A DNA stretch of 64,000 nt from Haplodiscus bocki (GCA_965655095.1 CBFHFQ010000029.1:62001-126000); one strand, 5' to 3'; shown: positions 13,942 to 27,414, numbered from the stretch's first letter. Notes: a model not told the origin generated them from the sequence alone. Numbers and translations are program-made.

Positions 13942-15291
13942 GGTTTTCAAAAGGGAAAATCTTGTCAGTGTTCAAGACTGAATTTATCTTTATTGTAATT
14001 AGTCAGTATCTTTTCAGCTTGAAGAATCAAGTTTCAATCGTATAAAGTCAAAAGATGATTTCAAAGAATGTGAAACAGTTGCAATGCTAAATAAATGGTA
14101 CAATACCGAAAGGCTACAATTTATATAATCCTAAGTGTACTTTCATTTCTCCTATTTATACCTTTCCTTGGCGGGAAACATAATTGTTTACACGCCAGAT
14201 CAAGGTACAAATAGGGAAAAGTACTTTAATCATATTATTTATAAAAGGAAAAGATGCCGACTCTGGCGGGAAATAAACACCCTTCCATCCATTTCTTCCC
14301 TCACGGACCGCGTCTTTTCCATCTTTCGACAGAAAAGAGTACGGTCCGATCCATCGGAAATGGACATCAAAGTGGTTATTCCCGCGCCGACACAATAAAA
14401 AACAACATAAACACAAGATCAAAGTCATTTCCATACAGGGAATAAATACAAAAATACAGTCGGAAATTAATCTAAAGTATGGAAAATTAAAGTTTACAGT
14501 CTAGGAAGATTCATGTTTTCATGTTTCATCGATTAAAACCACTGTTTGGAACAAGCTAGGCGTAAATCCTAGCCCGTTCCACATTTCTACTAGCCCACGG
14601 CGCACTTTGGCCGTGGCGGCACGTGGCGACTACGTAGCCGCTTGTAGCACTGCCTTCCGCAGTGCTACTGAGGAGAATGATTCTGGTGGCCACGTAGACG
14701 GCACGTATCCGACCAAAGTGGCGCAGCCTAATAGCACAGCGGATTGGCTGAGAATTCTAGTGACGTCACCAGATTAGTTACGAAGGAACACATACGGAAC
14801 AAACATTCACTTTTAAAGTCAAGCTCTGTTCTAATAGTTAAGCTATTGAAAACTTGTTGAAACTGTCAGTCTAAATAAATTACTGCACAATCAAAGGTGG
14901 CTTTATATAATAATTATCTAAATTAATGATACAAATAGCACTTATGATTAAAGTAAAATAGGGTGAATACTCGTTTGTTCCGCATCTATTCCGTCCCAAT
15001 AAGGATCAGTTCACCAGAATTACACGTATCGGATACGTGCTTTTATATGAAATAAATATTATGGGACGATACGTAACTACTACGTATCGTCTACATAAGT
15101 TACATGTATGCATACTAGGCGGATACGTATCTACTACGTATCCTTACATATAAATTGAGTTCATAGTTTAAATAAATGTTTGAGTATGTAAGTTCGGGCG
15201 TTTCTACAGTTTTAATCCCTGTTTGATGGACCTGGGATGTCCTTTGTTGAGGGGATCGTCTGACCGCAGGCTTCGCAGACATGCTGCGACA
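13527..15291 (-). mobile_element. Long solo LTR (1765 bp), element A
   Basis: Minus strand reads TGTCGCAGC...CTCTCACA, flanked by the 5-bp direct repeat GCTAG (13522-13526 and 15292-15296). No pol inside. Confidence 0.8.
14743..14768 (-). promoter_or_regulatory. CRE (TGACGTCA) plus CCAAT module in LTR A
   Basis: ATTGG at 14743-14747 and TGACGTCA at 14761-14768; the same arrangement occurs in LTR B. Confidence 0.5.
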
Positions 15292-15999
15292 GCTAGCGTA
15301 AATTAACATAGACCAGATGAAAGAACTGGTAACAAAAAATAATAGTCAAGAAATGAAAAGTATTGAGTTTTTTCTAGACAAAGAAAACATATTTTTTAAG
15401 AGGTTTTTGGGGCAACGATATCTGCCGAAGGAACTCCTTTTAGAACTCCAGTAAACAAGAAAATGACATTTTGAAGAAAACGGAATCCACTTCAAGGTTG
15501 GATGGAAAAATGATTTTTCAAGAGAATCACACAAACTGAAAGAATTATCTGTCAAAGTACTTTCATGATTAGAAGATCGATAAGGGAAAGTTTTTTTTTC
15601 TTCTACAAGTTTTTTTCCTCAAGGCGCGAATCAGAAAATGAACTGCGGATTTTATATAGGAGAAATCATCAGTGTGTTTTATAGAAGCTTCATATATTCT
15701 GAGGAAATGTTGTTATGCAACAAAAAAGTAGACAATGGTAGTCTTGCTTTTCTGGTAATATCACCTTAAAAAACCACAAAAGTCCACTTTTTGAACAGAA
15801 ATCATGTAATGTAATCGAAAGATTCCAACTCCTGTTGGAATTTATGTTACTGATGAGTTTGGTTGAACTTGATACCGCAAAAAGTTGGGTATGCAGAAAA
15901 ATACACCAGAACAAGGTGCTCTTCCTGCGGATGTTTCGATTTCTCAGTCGTATCTATTGGATATGAAAATCAATCATATATCGAAGGTGCTGTCAGAAT

Positions 16000-18200
16000 T
16001 CTTTATCGTTCATTTTTTGTATGTTATGCTGAGTATTGATGTGTTTTCGGGATAAAAAGTTTGAGGAATGAACTGTATCACATTTTCAAAAGTATAGAAG
16101 AAGAAGTTTTTGAGAAAAACTATGAAAAGTTTTTGAACTCTAAGACTTTTTGGTCGTGTAATAAGAGACCAAAAAAGTGACTTTTGTCAACTAGCAAAAA
16201 ACTTTACTTCGCTGAAACAACTTATCTGGAAAGACTTTAAAAATGTGAGAGATCACTGACATTTAGGAGCACATTCTTGAGGAATTGATCATTGATCGTG
16301 TAATCTGAAAAATGAAAATTAACAATCCATAATTGTTTCGATCTTCCATCACAACGTTAATGAGTATGGTTCCCCCTGATTTTTTTAGTTTTCTAAGACA
16401 ACAAACAGAATTTAAACTTCAGTTGAAAAATATTCCAAAAGCAAGCGAAAGTTAGTTACGTTTTACTGATACTTTTAGATTGACCAAAAAATCCCGATAA
16501 CTTCGCGAAACCTCTACAATGTAAACAGAATAAAATAACTTCATTTGAATTGTTTACTTACTCGCAAATTGTTGAAACCACTGTTGCGGTATCATATGCA
16601 GTACCAAGTCTGTTTTTCGACAAGTCAGCATTTTTTACGACTAGTTTGAAAAGTTAGAACATCATAGCAGGTGTCTGCTTCATTTTGCTTTTCAAAACCT
16701 ATACTCGCTTCTACAAATTGAATCATCAGAAGAGAAGTAGTTGCCAAAACACTTGAATCTTTAAAGAAGCTAAACATTGAAAGAAGGTTCGAATAAACAG
16801 CCTTGAACGAATACTCAGACGATATGTTTTCAGGCAGATAACTTTGAAACTTTTTTTAAACACATGTGCTGAAGAAGATGGAAAAATTCCATCACATTTT
16901 GATTCATTACCACAGTTTCATTAGACTGCAGGTTTAGAATACCTTGAAGTTAATTTTAAAATATAATAAGCTCGTGACTTTTTTGAAGGGGGAATTGGAG
17001 ACGCAATAGTGGAGTAATGAGCGATCGATATCTAAAATGCACTCTTTGGGATACACCGCAAAGGGGCACGGGGTGTCTTCTGCAAGGAAAAGCAGTAATG
17101 TTTAGAGATCCAATTTATCAGTAAGAACTTACTATTTCTGAGTGCTTACCAAAAATAGCTGAAGAACAACAACCCTGTTAGTCTAGAAAAACTGCTTTCA
17201 ACTCCAGAACATGCTGAAACGGGATTTTTTGTTGACGTCGAGCTAGAATATGCATTAGAAGTACGTCTCGAGATTCGCACTTTTTCATTCTGTCCGGCGA
17301 ACAAACAAAGAAACAAAACAAAGTTACACAGAGTTCATTTTTCTCCAAAAAGCTTCAAAAACAATCATTCACATAATGAACTAATACATAAGACACCAAA
17401 TATTTTTGTACTTTTTATCTATCAAACGTTTTCAATAAAAGAAGGTTTTCCATGTAAACGAGGAACGAAAGTACAGTAGTAACAGTTGAATCGAAAACTT
17501 TGACTTGAAACGATATTTGAAAAAAAAACACTAAAAATGAGGAGCAACACAGAAAGTATTTTTGTACTATTTTTCAGAATTAACATCTCAATTATCAACT
17601 CTTAGGAACGACTGTGGAAAATGTAACAAACAAAATGAAAGTTAAATGTATAAGAAACTAGAGGACGGAAAAAAGATGTCTGAGTAATTTTACGTCTGCT
17701 TGAAAACATTGGTTTGAATTTTTTTGCAGCTTTCAAAAATGAAAATAGGTGAAAAAATTGTGGTCAACCAAAATACAAAAGACTTTCAAATTAACATACA
17801 TCTAAACTTCTTGTGTTTGAAATGTTATATAAGAGATCGCTAGCTTTCTTCAGACAAAAAAGTTACAGCTACAATATCTAGATTGTGGTTCTTTTAAGGT
17901 TGGTAATGAAACAAATCAAAAATTCTAAGACTTAACATTCTTGGAAGTAAAAGAACGTACATACCTTTAGCTCAACCCAACAGAAACAGCCTCACTACAG
18001 TGAGAATTTTAGAACAATTGAGGTAATTGTCAAATAGAAAGCCAAAAGCACTTCGAGAGATGACTTCTGTGCAATGAGAGGAATTGCAATTGCTGTCAAA
18101 CGTCTTTATGAAGAAGAAAGTGAAATTTAACTGAACGGATGAACTACGACAGCTAGGACACAAATCAAATTTCAAGATATTGAAAACTGTCTCACTGGAG
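16000..18200 (+). pseudogene. polB: Heavily decayed protein-primed PolB with an endonuclease VII (HNH)-type insertion
   Basis: Motifs in order: VRDH*HLGAHS*GIDH*SCNL (16244-16307; cf. VRDHCHxTGxxRGxAHxxCNL), IFHHNVNEYG (ExoII), LRFTDTFRL, ADNFE, SLPQFH, FEGGI..SGVMSDRY, PEHAETGFFVDVELEY..FCP (~17204-17295), GTTVENV, SKLL, YLDCGSF (17875-17895, decayed motif C). Boundaries approximate. Confidence 0.7.
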
Positions 18201-19339
18201 AAGGAGAATATATAGAGGTTTCAAATGGCCCAATTAGTCAGAATAATATTCATTAAATCTTTTTTGAAAAATTTTTAGAGTTGCCGTGAATGTAATGGGT
18301 TAAAAGAAGAAAAAATCTCCATTCAGTTGCTAGTGAACTTCGGAACTAGACCGCAAAAGGAAAAGTAAAGTAGAATTTTCAGAATGTGACAAAAAAGTAC
18401 CTCTAAAGAAAATTGAACCACTTTTTGAGTTTGCAATAGTCCTTTTCTTCTCTCATACAACGCAACAATGTGAACGGAAATCAGCATTACCAATAAATCG
18501 TTGACTGATGTTTGGGCCTGAAGCAAAAATTTTGTCTCATCTCTGTTTTCATATCTACATTTTTCTAAAAACAAACTTTAGAACCTAGTAATTGCTTTCA
18601 ATAGAAGGTACAATATTATACCTTGGTATATCGGAAAACACTAGGGTTTTGGGTGTTTTTACCGAAAGTAATGTCAGAGGAGTACAATGTCTTGAATTAC
18701 ATTTTGACAACATCTATCTCTTCTTAAGGTTTTCCTGTACTTTGAACGCGGGTGCAGTCTTTCTTGAAAAGTTTTCCCACCTTTTTGATGGGGAGGTAGC
18801 TCTACATTGGAATATTTATTTCACTTGCTACAGAAAGAAACGAAGAAACGAATCGTTTCAGCTTTTCTTTCCGTGTAATATTTAGTTTAACTTGTCCATC
18901 TTTTATCTGAGGCTTCCGTGAAGAATACCACAAGATTTTTTAATTGCTACCGAATTTTCAGATTGTTTCAAGTGAACCTAAATCTTTTAGAATGTGTCAC
19001 GCTTGGTCTAACTTTTCCTACAAATTGATTTAGTTTTTATTCTAAACATTGATCATCTAAACTGTTTCATAAAACTTGATTATCGAAGAAATTGGTTGAA
19101 TGTCACTAGTTGCGTTGATTGTTTCGCACAGCACAATTATCTACTTTTAAACATAACATTTTTACCATTTACAGCGAATAGGCGTGTGATTCTTTATTTT
19201 GCCCCATGTTTAATCTAAGGAAGCAATATTTTGCTCTCAAATGCGCTATTCCCGACGTTTTTTTCCCAATGTCGGCCAATTGCGTTCACGCCAAAAAGCA
19301 ACATCGGCATGTTTGATCACGCTACCGAACGTGATATTA

Positions 19340-19700
19340 TTCCACCAAAATGAAGCAAATTTGCTGTAGAATGGCGTCTGGAACAATAGGAAGTCTCATT
19401 ACGTTCAAAAATTGGTTCTTTTTATTGAAAAAGTAGATGGGTTTTTCAGGAATGAATTCTCAGACTTTTGGAAATCGCCAAGATTAACAAATTTGCATTA
19501 AAATGCGCCTGGAATGGTAAGAATTCTCAAAACGTTCAAAAAAATTGGGTCTTTCCAGAAAAAATAGTTGTGTTCTTCGAAAGAAAACTTGAATTTTTTC
19601 AAAAAACCCAAAGGTAGCAACTTTGCTGGAGAATGCGTATCGAATGGTAATATTGCGTGGAAACGTCATTTCCGCCTTTAATGTGAAACATTATTAGCAA
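19340..19700. repeat. Diverged ~130-bp internal repeats, probably part of a non-autonomous interspersed element
   Basis: An AAATTTGC..AATG.G....GAA.GGTAA...ACGTTCAAAAA block recurs at ~19357, ~19489 and ~19619. Confidence 0.45.
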
Positions 19701-21019
19701 AAGTTCAGAAAACTTTGAACGAGGGAAAGGTTAGAGGATGTGATGGAGAAAAGGTGTTTTTTTTTGAAAAAAAATTGTTTACATGTTTTTAAAAGCCTTC
19801 TCCACAAAAATGGGAAAGCGCAATACATGCTGCTGGTAGCCGGCCATCTTGCTGTCTTCCAATGTGAATTGAGAGTTCTTTGTAAGTGTGACGTAGTCTA
19901 GGCATGAATTTTTTAACGTGATGAAATACTTTGTGTTTTTCCAATAACTGTTAGATTTTCATTTTCTCGCTACTTTGATATAAAACAATATGTTAATCTG
20001 ATTATGATTCTAATTGAAAAATCAGTATTATTAACAGCATTTGTAATTAGTTCAAAAACTTTTGATATTCATTCATTGAAAATCTGATGAAAGAATATCT
20101 TGCATTTATAAACAATTTTTATTTGAGATTTTGATGAACCTGAATTTAATATAGTACTGAGATAAAATTTTTTAAAGGAAAATTGTTATCTTTGAGAAAA
20201 GACTGCCAAAACCAGTGCAAACAAAGTTCGCAAGAAAGCTGAGGTTTCAAGTGTATTTTCTACATTGGTTGTTTTTGACTCATTACGAAAACAAAAACTG
20301 ACTTTATCCTGCGTTCTATTTTTATCAACGTTTCAGTAGTTATATTCTTCTTTAGTGACTCCTCTACAGCTTCATCTTTGTCTTCTTCGTGAGTTATGAA
20401 TACTTCTTCAGCTCTATTTTTATTTCGAGCGTTTACCTAAGCAGATTGTTTTTGTTACTAAACTTTTTATTGAATCTCCTAGGAAGATCAAAACAAAATC
20501 GTTCCAAAAAGTAAACGCCTCAAAACTTATGTCCAACTATTGTGGAAAATTAAGGATTAGAAGATTTCTTGCAATCAAACATACAATCAAGTACCATTAT
20601 ACACCCTTTGTTCTCATCAAGAGGGGATTGTTCTCCTTTCACCTCGTATTCACGATTCTGTTCAATACATCTAGTAATTATATGTATTCATTGATGATTT
20701 GATAGAAAAAAAACTTTGCCATCATAAGATTGCCTTCAGTAGGATACAGGAGGCAAACTATTAGGGATCTATAAGTTCTTTGTTAGTTTTATTAGGTTTG
20801 TTACGAGATTTTTCTGAAAAAAAAACAAGATTTGTTAACTTGATTGAACTGGGCTGTTTTGACAAGACGGACAGTCAACGTTTTTTTCTTCAAATGTCTT
20901 ACTTCTAAACTTAATGGTATAGAATTCATCATCGTCTAGACAGGTAAAAGAAAACTTTGGTCAACTGACACCGTAGTTAATGAAGTGGGAGAGAAATAGG
21001 AAAACTTGAGGGCGACGTT

Positions 21020-21453
21020 CCTGGAGAAGGTGCATGAGTTTTTTTTGGGAGAACATCTCGGAGACATTCTTAGAGAACTTCTTATAGATCTTTTCAGGAA
21101 AGTTCTCGGAGAAATGTCCGACAAGTTGACGACCAAGCTGAAGGAGAAGTCCCAGAAAAGATGTCTCAAAAATTGCCATAGGTGCTTTTGGAAATGTTCT
21201 CGGAAGCATTTTTCGAGAAGTTCTCGGAGAATTTCTCGGTGAAGTTTTTGGAGAAGTTCACGGAGAATTCCTCGGTGAAGTTTTTGGAGAAGTTCACGGA
21301 GAATTCCTCGGTGAAGTTTTTGGAGAAGTTCACGGAGAATTCCTCGGAGAAGTTCTCGGAGAAGTCCTCGGAGAAGTTCTTGGAGAAGTTCTCTGAGAAA
21401 CGTTCGGAAAACTTGTCAGAGATGTATTCGGAGAAGTTCTCGGAGAAGTTGTC
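21020..21453. repeat. 12-bp minisatellite (TCTCGGAGAAGT) with a 36-bp higher-order unit, truncated by an assembly gap
   Basis: Directly visible; GAAGTTTTTGGAGAAGTTCACGGAGAATTCCTCGG occurs three times from 21241. Confidence 0.9.
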
Positions 21454-21653
21454 NNNNNNNNNNNNNNNNNNNNNNNNNNNNNNNNNNNNNNNNNNNNNNN
21501 NNNNNNNNNNNNNNNNNNNNNNNNNNNNNNNNNNNNNNNNNNNNNNNNNNNNNNNNNNNNNNNNNNNNNNNNNNNNNNNNNNNNNNNNNNNNNNNNNNNN
21601 NNNNNNNNNNNNNNNNNNNNNNNNNNNNNNNNNNNNNNNNNNNNNNNNNNNNN
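21454..21653. other. Assembly gap (200 N)
   Basis: Run of N; its length equals that of the second gap, so the size is probably nominal. Confidence 0.99.
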
Positions 21654-22199
21654 TATCATTCAAAAAAGAGAATTTTGAGATCCCTAGATTGTTTAGTCTT
21701 TTCGGAAGTAATCTAAAAAAGCGTAAAAAGAAACTGTTTGTGGGAAAAATGAATGATCTGACAACTGTAATGTGTCTATATATATATAAAAGAGGAAAAA
21801 ATTTGTAAACCTATTTTTTTTCAGTGCACAACCTTGTGCAAGGAAATCAAGGAGATGGTCTGAAACTGTTACTAGCGAGTTTGAGCGGTGATTTCTGTAT
21901 ATCAGAAGAGCAAGTTTTAGTAAAGGTGAAAGTTTACACGGGAAACGGATAAAGTGACAATCAAAAATTTTTTTTGGAAACTTTTGCGGTCTTCTTCGAG
22001 AACTAATCAATAATTCAGTCGGTTTAGTCTCCGATTTTGTGGCCGTTTCGATAATGATTGTTTTTCTGTGACATCAAAGCTTGGGAATATTTGTTTTGTT
22101 ACGGGCTGGCTGTTTATCTGTTTCAATTTTTGGTTTCTTTCATGACGTAAACAGTTAATTTGACATTGATTTTTACAATTTCTATTGATTTGTGATTAG

Positions 22200-24300
22200 T
22201 TTGTCGAAGAGCATTGCAAATAGGTAAAATACTGTTATTTTTTGTTCGTGGAAAAATTTTTTTAAAGACTGGGTTGTCTTATCTTTTTTTGAGGCGTTTT
22301 GGGGTAAGGCTCTTTCTTTTCATGATGGTAATTTTTCCTGTGAGACGAAAATCCGAGGTTCTGGATATCTCGTTGGAAAAAATAGGTAAAACTGCTCAAG
22401 TCGCTCATCCCTCCGGGTTGAACGACGTTGATATCTACCTCTCCTGTCATATTGAATGTGAAAATTATTAGACTATTAAACTTATGATTCTGAAGAACTC
22501 GATGTGTGATAGTCAAGAAAAGAAATGTATGTGTTGTGAGATGAATTCTGTCAAGCTTCGCAATTGTAAAAAAATCGAGACTTTGAGTGGCTTAATTTTT
22601 TTATATCCCTTGCGGTAGGTTTCAATAGATGAAATTGTGCAAAAAACGTGATCGCGTTGTCATAAGATAACTTGTATGCATCCAAAAAAAAGATGCATTT
22701 GAATCATAGTGATCCTGCAAAAGTTCTGAAGTTTTTTTCCAGTTGGGCTCATCCATATTGACGTCAAACGAACTTCAAAATGTCGCAAGGCTTTTAAATG
22801 TTTGGTAATCAAAAGATTTTCAGTTGTTGAACCATAATCAAATCTGCTTAACGTAGATGGTAGAGTATCAGAAATTAAAATTGTTGTTTTTCCTTCCTCT
22901 TCTATTTTATATTTGAAGATTGAGAAGAAGTATTGTGAGCAACAGAGTAAGTAGCTTGATTGCGAAGGTTTCTGGATCAAATCATCTTCTTTTGGAGGTT
23001 TAAGTAAGATTAGAGAATTAGGACTTGTAATGGTCTGAACTACTCTGAAATTGTTCATTCAGTTTGTTTTCAACAGACTTGCAATGTAATAATTTAGGAA
23101 AAGCGTGTGGGTGAGTCGAAAAAAAAGAAAATCACTTATGGATGCTTCACAATTTTTTTTACTTGTATCTCAACATGAAAAGACTCGACTGATGTAAGAA
23201 CAGAAAATTTATGCCGAAGAACATATATTAGAAGAAAAACATGATTGACCATGTCCCAAGCTATTGCCTTTTCATATATAACCAAAGTCATCACAAAAGG
23301 TTGCATTCAATCGTAAAAATTTTTCATAACTTCAGGTAGTTTTGTTAAAGGCTGTGCCCTGCTCCAATATTGCAATCAGAAGATGTCCTTAAATTAAATT
23401 TTGCAAAGCTTTTGTTTTGTCTACGTAGAGACAAACTGCAAGAAAAACTTTTTTTGGATGCTGTTTTTGTCGGAAACAAGTGAAGTTACGTTCACAAAGT
23501 TTTCCCCAAAATCTTTCGAGGAAACATTTAAGTGGTCAAACTTGAATTCAGTCGAGCGTTTGTTTCAGAACAAAATTCTTACATGACAAATTTATCAATA
23601 ATTGTGCTCTAATCATAAACAAAAAAAACGCTGCAAAGGTTCATTGTTGGCTTCTTGAATTGTCAAACCGATGATTAGAAGTATTTGAGTCTTACATTCC
23701 AAACACGTGCACAGAGCCTTTGTTCTAACCAAATCAACATCCAATGTGCGGCTGTGTGTTCAGTTATGTAAAGTTGCCCAAATCTTTTGCAATGAAGAAG
23801 AATATATGATAACATGCCTTCTCTGAAAGGCGCATCTGAATTGTCAGGGTCGAGCAGACAATGAAAAAGGAACAGTGCTTTGTCTGTCACTAGGGATGCT
23901 CTCAGTGGATTGTGTGTTTCGTACTCCTACACAGTTTTGAGCTTGCAACCAAGTTCTTCTCTCGCCTTCTAAATCATGAGGGATTGCATTTCCCCGCCTC
24001 GGACTGAAATGAAACTGGCGGCTGATTTGTTTTTTGCTCCTGCTCCGGGATAATTTTTAGGATTTGAGACAGTCATTAGTTTTACATGCGCATTGTTTGT
24101 TGTCGATGGAGCTTGAACAATAGTCGGCTTCAAAAAAATTTCCGCATCGGTTGGTACAATCAGGTAGAAAGAACAGGGTATCATGATGATTTGACGGCAG
24201 CGTCTCGCAAATTCCTTCCAATTGCCTACGGCTGATTTCGTTTTCAAGGTGTACTCGGAGAAGATATTGAGCGTTCTGCGAGCACACAATGAAAAGCTTA
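22200..24300 (-). mobile_element. Possible decayed hAT transposase remnant
   Basis: EHTAAHWMLIWL (~23730-23765) resembles the hAT CxAHxLxL motif, and AVLPIFS...GFS (~22340-22395) resembles the dimerisation domain, in the right order. No TIR/TSD found. Confidence 0.3.
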
Positions 24301-25827
24301 CTTGGCTGGGTCACAATATTTTATCAGCTTCTGTTAACAGCTGTTCCACGTGAAGATGCCACATGTGCTAGCAAGCTGTAATGTATGAAAGTGATACTGC
24401 TGTTACCTTTTTTCCTAAGTTTTCATTTTTGGAGTGAATTCAGCACTTATAGAATGCTCGAGCAAAATTTTATATTTACGACGTGGCTGTATCATTCTTC
24501 GGAAGTTCAGTTGAGCATCGTTTAATCCTGCGTCGGAGTGTTCAGTGTTTTTTTCCACTCTCCGAATCAACTGATTCTCCAAAGTTGACATATTTCACTC
24601 TTTGTTGAACAAGTTGTCACAATTCGACTGATGAACAAATATATGTCAAAAGCAGCTAGGCGAGGTGTCATATACGCCTTTTAGTAAATTTATTCAAAAA
24701 AATTCAGTTTCAGATGATTCTGTGTTTTGACCTGTTCGAGATTGAGAATTTTTGGTTTGGGAGTCAAAAAATGCGGCAAACTTCCTTCCTTTTTACTAAT
24801 TTTGTATATCAAATCAATATCATTCTCAATTTTGTAACTCACTTGCTAAAAACTATGGTTTTTTTCTGGAAACAACCATCGATCGTTCTGACAGCATTCA
24901 TCAACCTCTTGCATATGACATTTCAAGTAGGGGTAACTTACATTACCACTGAGAATTTGATACATAAACAATACTGAAAACTATAAACCTAATATTATTT
25001 TAATGAAAACATTTGAATACTTCCACAATATTTCCATTTCACTCAAAGTTACCATGAAGTTGTATATCAGATTGAGCCTATCTGGAATGTAGATTAAAGA
25101 TATCTTATCAGATTGCTTTTTACTTTTAGAGGCCTTAGTGTTACTTAACCACACCGTAAGACCTAATATCACAATAAATGGTTCCATTGCATAGCGTTTT
25201 CGGTTTCGGTTTGCTTCTGACGTTTAGAAGCTTCCCAAAAACTTAGTGAGACTTAATCATCAGTTACTGAGTATTTAGACTACGTTCTGCCTGTCGACGT
25301 ACTTTGGTTTTAAATGAAACAAAAATCTCGACTTGGATTTTCGTTTGAAACGTTTTTTGCTGTTTTTTTTCGAAGGGTCGATGTCCGTTAAGTTTAAGCT
25401 TCTTAAGCGAGGCAGAGCAGCTCTGCCTTGTCTACAAGAAGTTTTTTATTGGCATTTAATCACCAAGAAGTTCTGAAACGGAAAAATGTTTCAACAACTT
25501 TCAAAAGCTTGCCCTCAGAGGACTCATGAAAGACCCAACTGACTTAAAAGTTAAAATTCCAGAACTTCTACTGGTTTAATCACTGGGAAAATAGAAAAAG
25601 AAAAAATAGATGAGAAATACTCAAATTTTATGACTATTGATCCTATTGTCATCAAATAAGAACGTCTGGAACAAATTAAAATTCGGAGAAAATTCTGTTT
25701 TTACTACTTTTTCTGCAAGACTTCTTAGTTTTTCAGCTGTTGGTCTTCAAGGAGGCTCATTTTTGCCCATTCGGAATGATTTGTCGTCATTTTAAAACTA
25801 TATTTGCATAGGATTATAGAATATTTT

Positions 25828-26421
25828 TCAATAACTCTGGAATGAGTCAACACCACTGTGATGAGTGTATGGTTGCCGGTCAAAATGAGCTTCTGGGACC
25901 GACAATTCACTTACCTCGTCTGTAATATTGTGTCGAGTCTCATCATTCACTTTTGATACGCCTAGCGTACCACTGTTTCCAGTTGCGTTTTCAAAAGGAG
26001 TATCAATCCCTACATGTTCCCTACGTTCTGAATTTAAAGACACGCTTGTCACATCCCGTCCCCAAGATGCATTTATTGACCTAACTGCTAATTCATTTTT
26101 AGGAGCAACAATGTTATCGACGGCGGTCAAAATTGCATTCTGTATCCTATCTTCAACTGTATCAACAATATAGTTCATTTCTCTATCGATCCTTTCATTA
26201 AAACACCTCTCTAGAGTTTTCACATTCATCGCGTTTCAATTATCAACTGAACTGTTACTAAAAGTACCAACGGTAAAATCCCGGTCATTGGAGCCTTCAT
26301 TAACCACATTATTTTCTTGTCTCTCACTAGCAGCGTTGCCAATAACTAAGTCTTGATCGAAGTCATCTAATTGGCTGAGAAGCCTTTTGTTTGACTGCCT
26401 TTTGTTGCGAGTGGAAACCGT
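25828..26421 (-). pseudogene. LTR-encoded ORF ((M)VSTRNKRQSNKR...), decayed, running out of LTR B
   Basis: ACG (presumed mutated ATG) at 26421 is in frame with ORF 26229-25828. One internal TGA near 26236; otherwise open through the LTR end at 25857. Confidence 0.55.
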
Positions 26422-27414
26422 GTTTGTGTTAATAACTGAACTGTTCTTGAGATTATAGAATTAACAGTAACATAAGAACTCAATGATAACTTTACAAAAC
26501 GATGCTTGCTAAGGATTTAAACAATCAACGATTAAATTGTAACAGTTTAGGTGATTGTTGCAGAAAACTGTTTTTTAGGATGGCAATTTTTTTTCTGTCG
26601 ATGGTTTTTGTCAGTAGTAGGTCACCCTTTCCTTTGTTTGACCTGGCATTCGTCAACCAATTGGGTGGCTCTATCTGCTGACGTCATGATCGCCATTCTA
26701 TTTTTAATCAACACATCAAAAGGCTTAACCCGAGTTTTACATTTCATCATCATGACATCACTTTAATAATAGAAAGAAAACAAACTTCAAAGAAGGAATA
26801 CCGAAAAATCATGACTATCAAAATATGGTTATGAAAACTGGATAAATGGTAAAGGTCAAGAAAATTATGTTTGCATTCGTGATTCATTGTTATGGGCGGT
26901 CATTTTTGGCTATATTATACTAAATATGACAAGAATATTGACAATAAACTTCATGCACAGGTTTTAACTTTGAGCTAAAATATAGTGGTCAAACGTGGGC
27001 ACTATGACCGTCTTTTGACCAGATAATAATTTTGACTTGGGATTCATTAATAATTAGCGCTAGGTAATTTATTATCACATAATTAAATAATTATATGCTT
27101 ATATAAGTACATAGCAACGTCTTTTAATTGAATATGGTTACTTTAGCCTTTCTGACTTCATTTGGCCGTAATTCGCCTTTTGTTTAAAAACGACCACTCG
27201 CTTTGAGCAAAGTGGTCAAAATTAGGTCCTTGTGACCAATTTTGACCACACTCCAGCAGCGCTGTTGCTTGGGCAAAATTTTGACAACAATACTTGTTTT
27301 GACCAATCAAATTTAAGTAAAAAACTGCAAGTCAATTGAGCACTATAAGCATTTATTTATGTCCGTTATAATTGGCGGAGTAGAGTAGGCTGTCACAGGC
27401 GGCAGCCTGCGACA
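25857..27414 (-). mobile_element. Long solo LTR (1558 bp), element B
   Basis: Minus strand reads TGTCGCAGG...CATCACA, flanked by the 5-bp direct repeat ACCAC (25852-25856 and 27415-27419). It has the same termini as element A. Confidence 0.8.
26660..26686 (-). promoter_or_regulatory. CRE (TGACGTCA) plus CCAAT module in LTR B
   Basis: ATTGG at 26660-26664 and TGACGTCA at 26679-26686. Confidence 0.5.

Noticed and set aside
18300-19150. Possible integrase tail belonging to the second pPolB element
   Set aside because: Only vague similarity; no catalytic motifs, TIRs or TSD seen.
21166-21808. Long FSEK/FSEN-repeat ORFs as proteins
   Set aside because: They arise from a stop-free 12-bp repeat plus N translated as X; there is no independent coding evidence.
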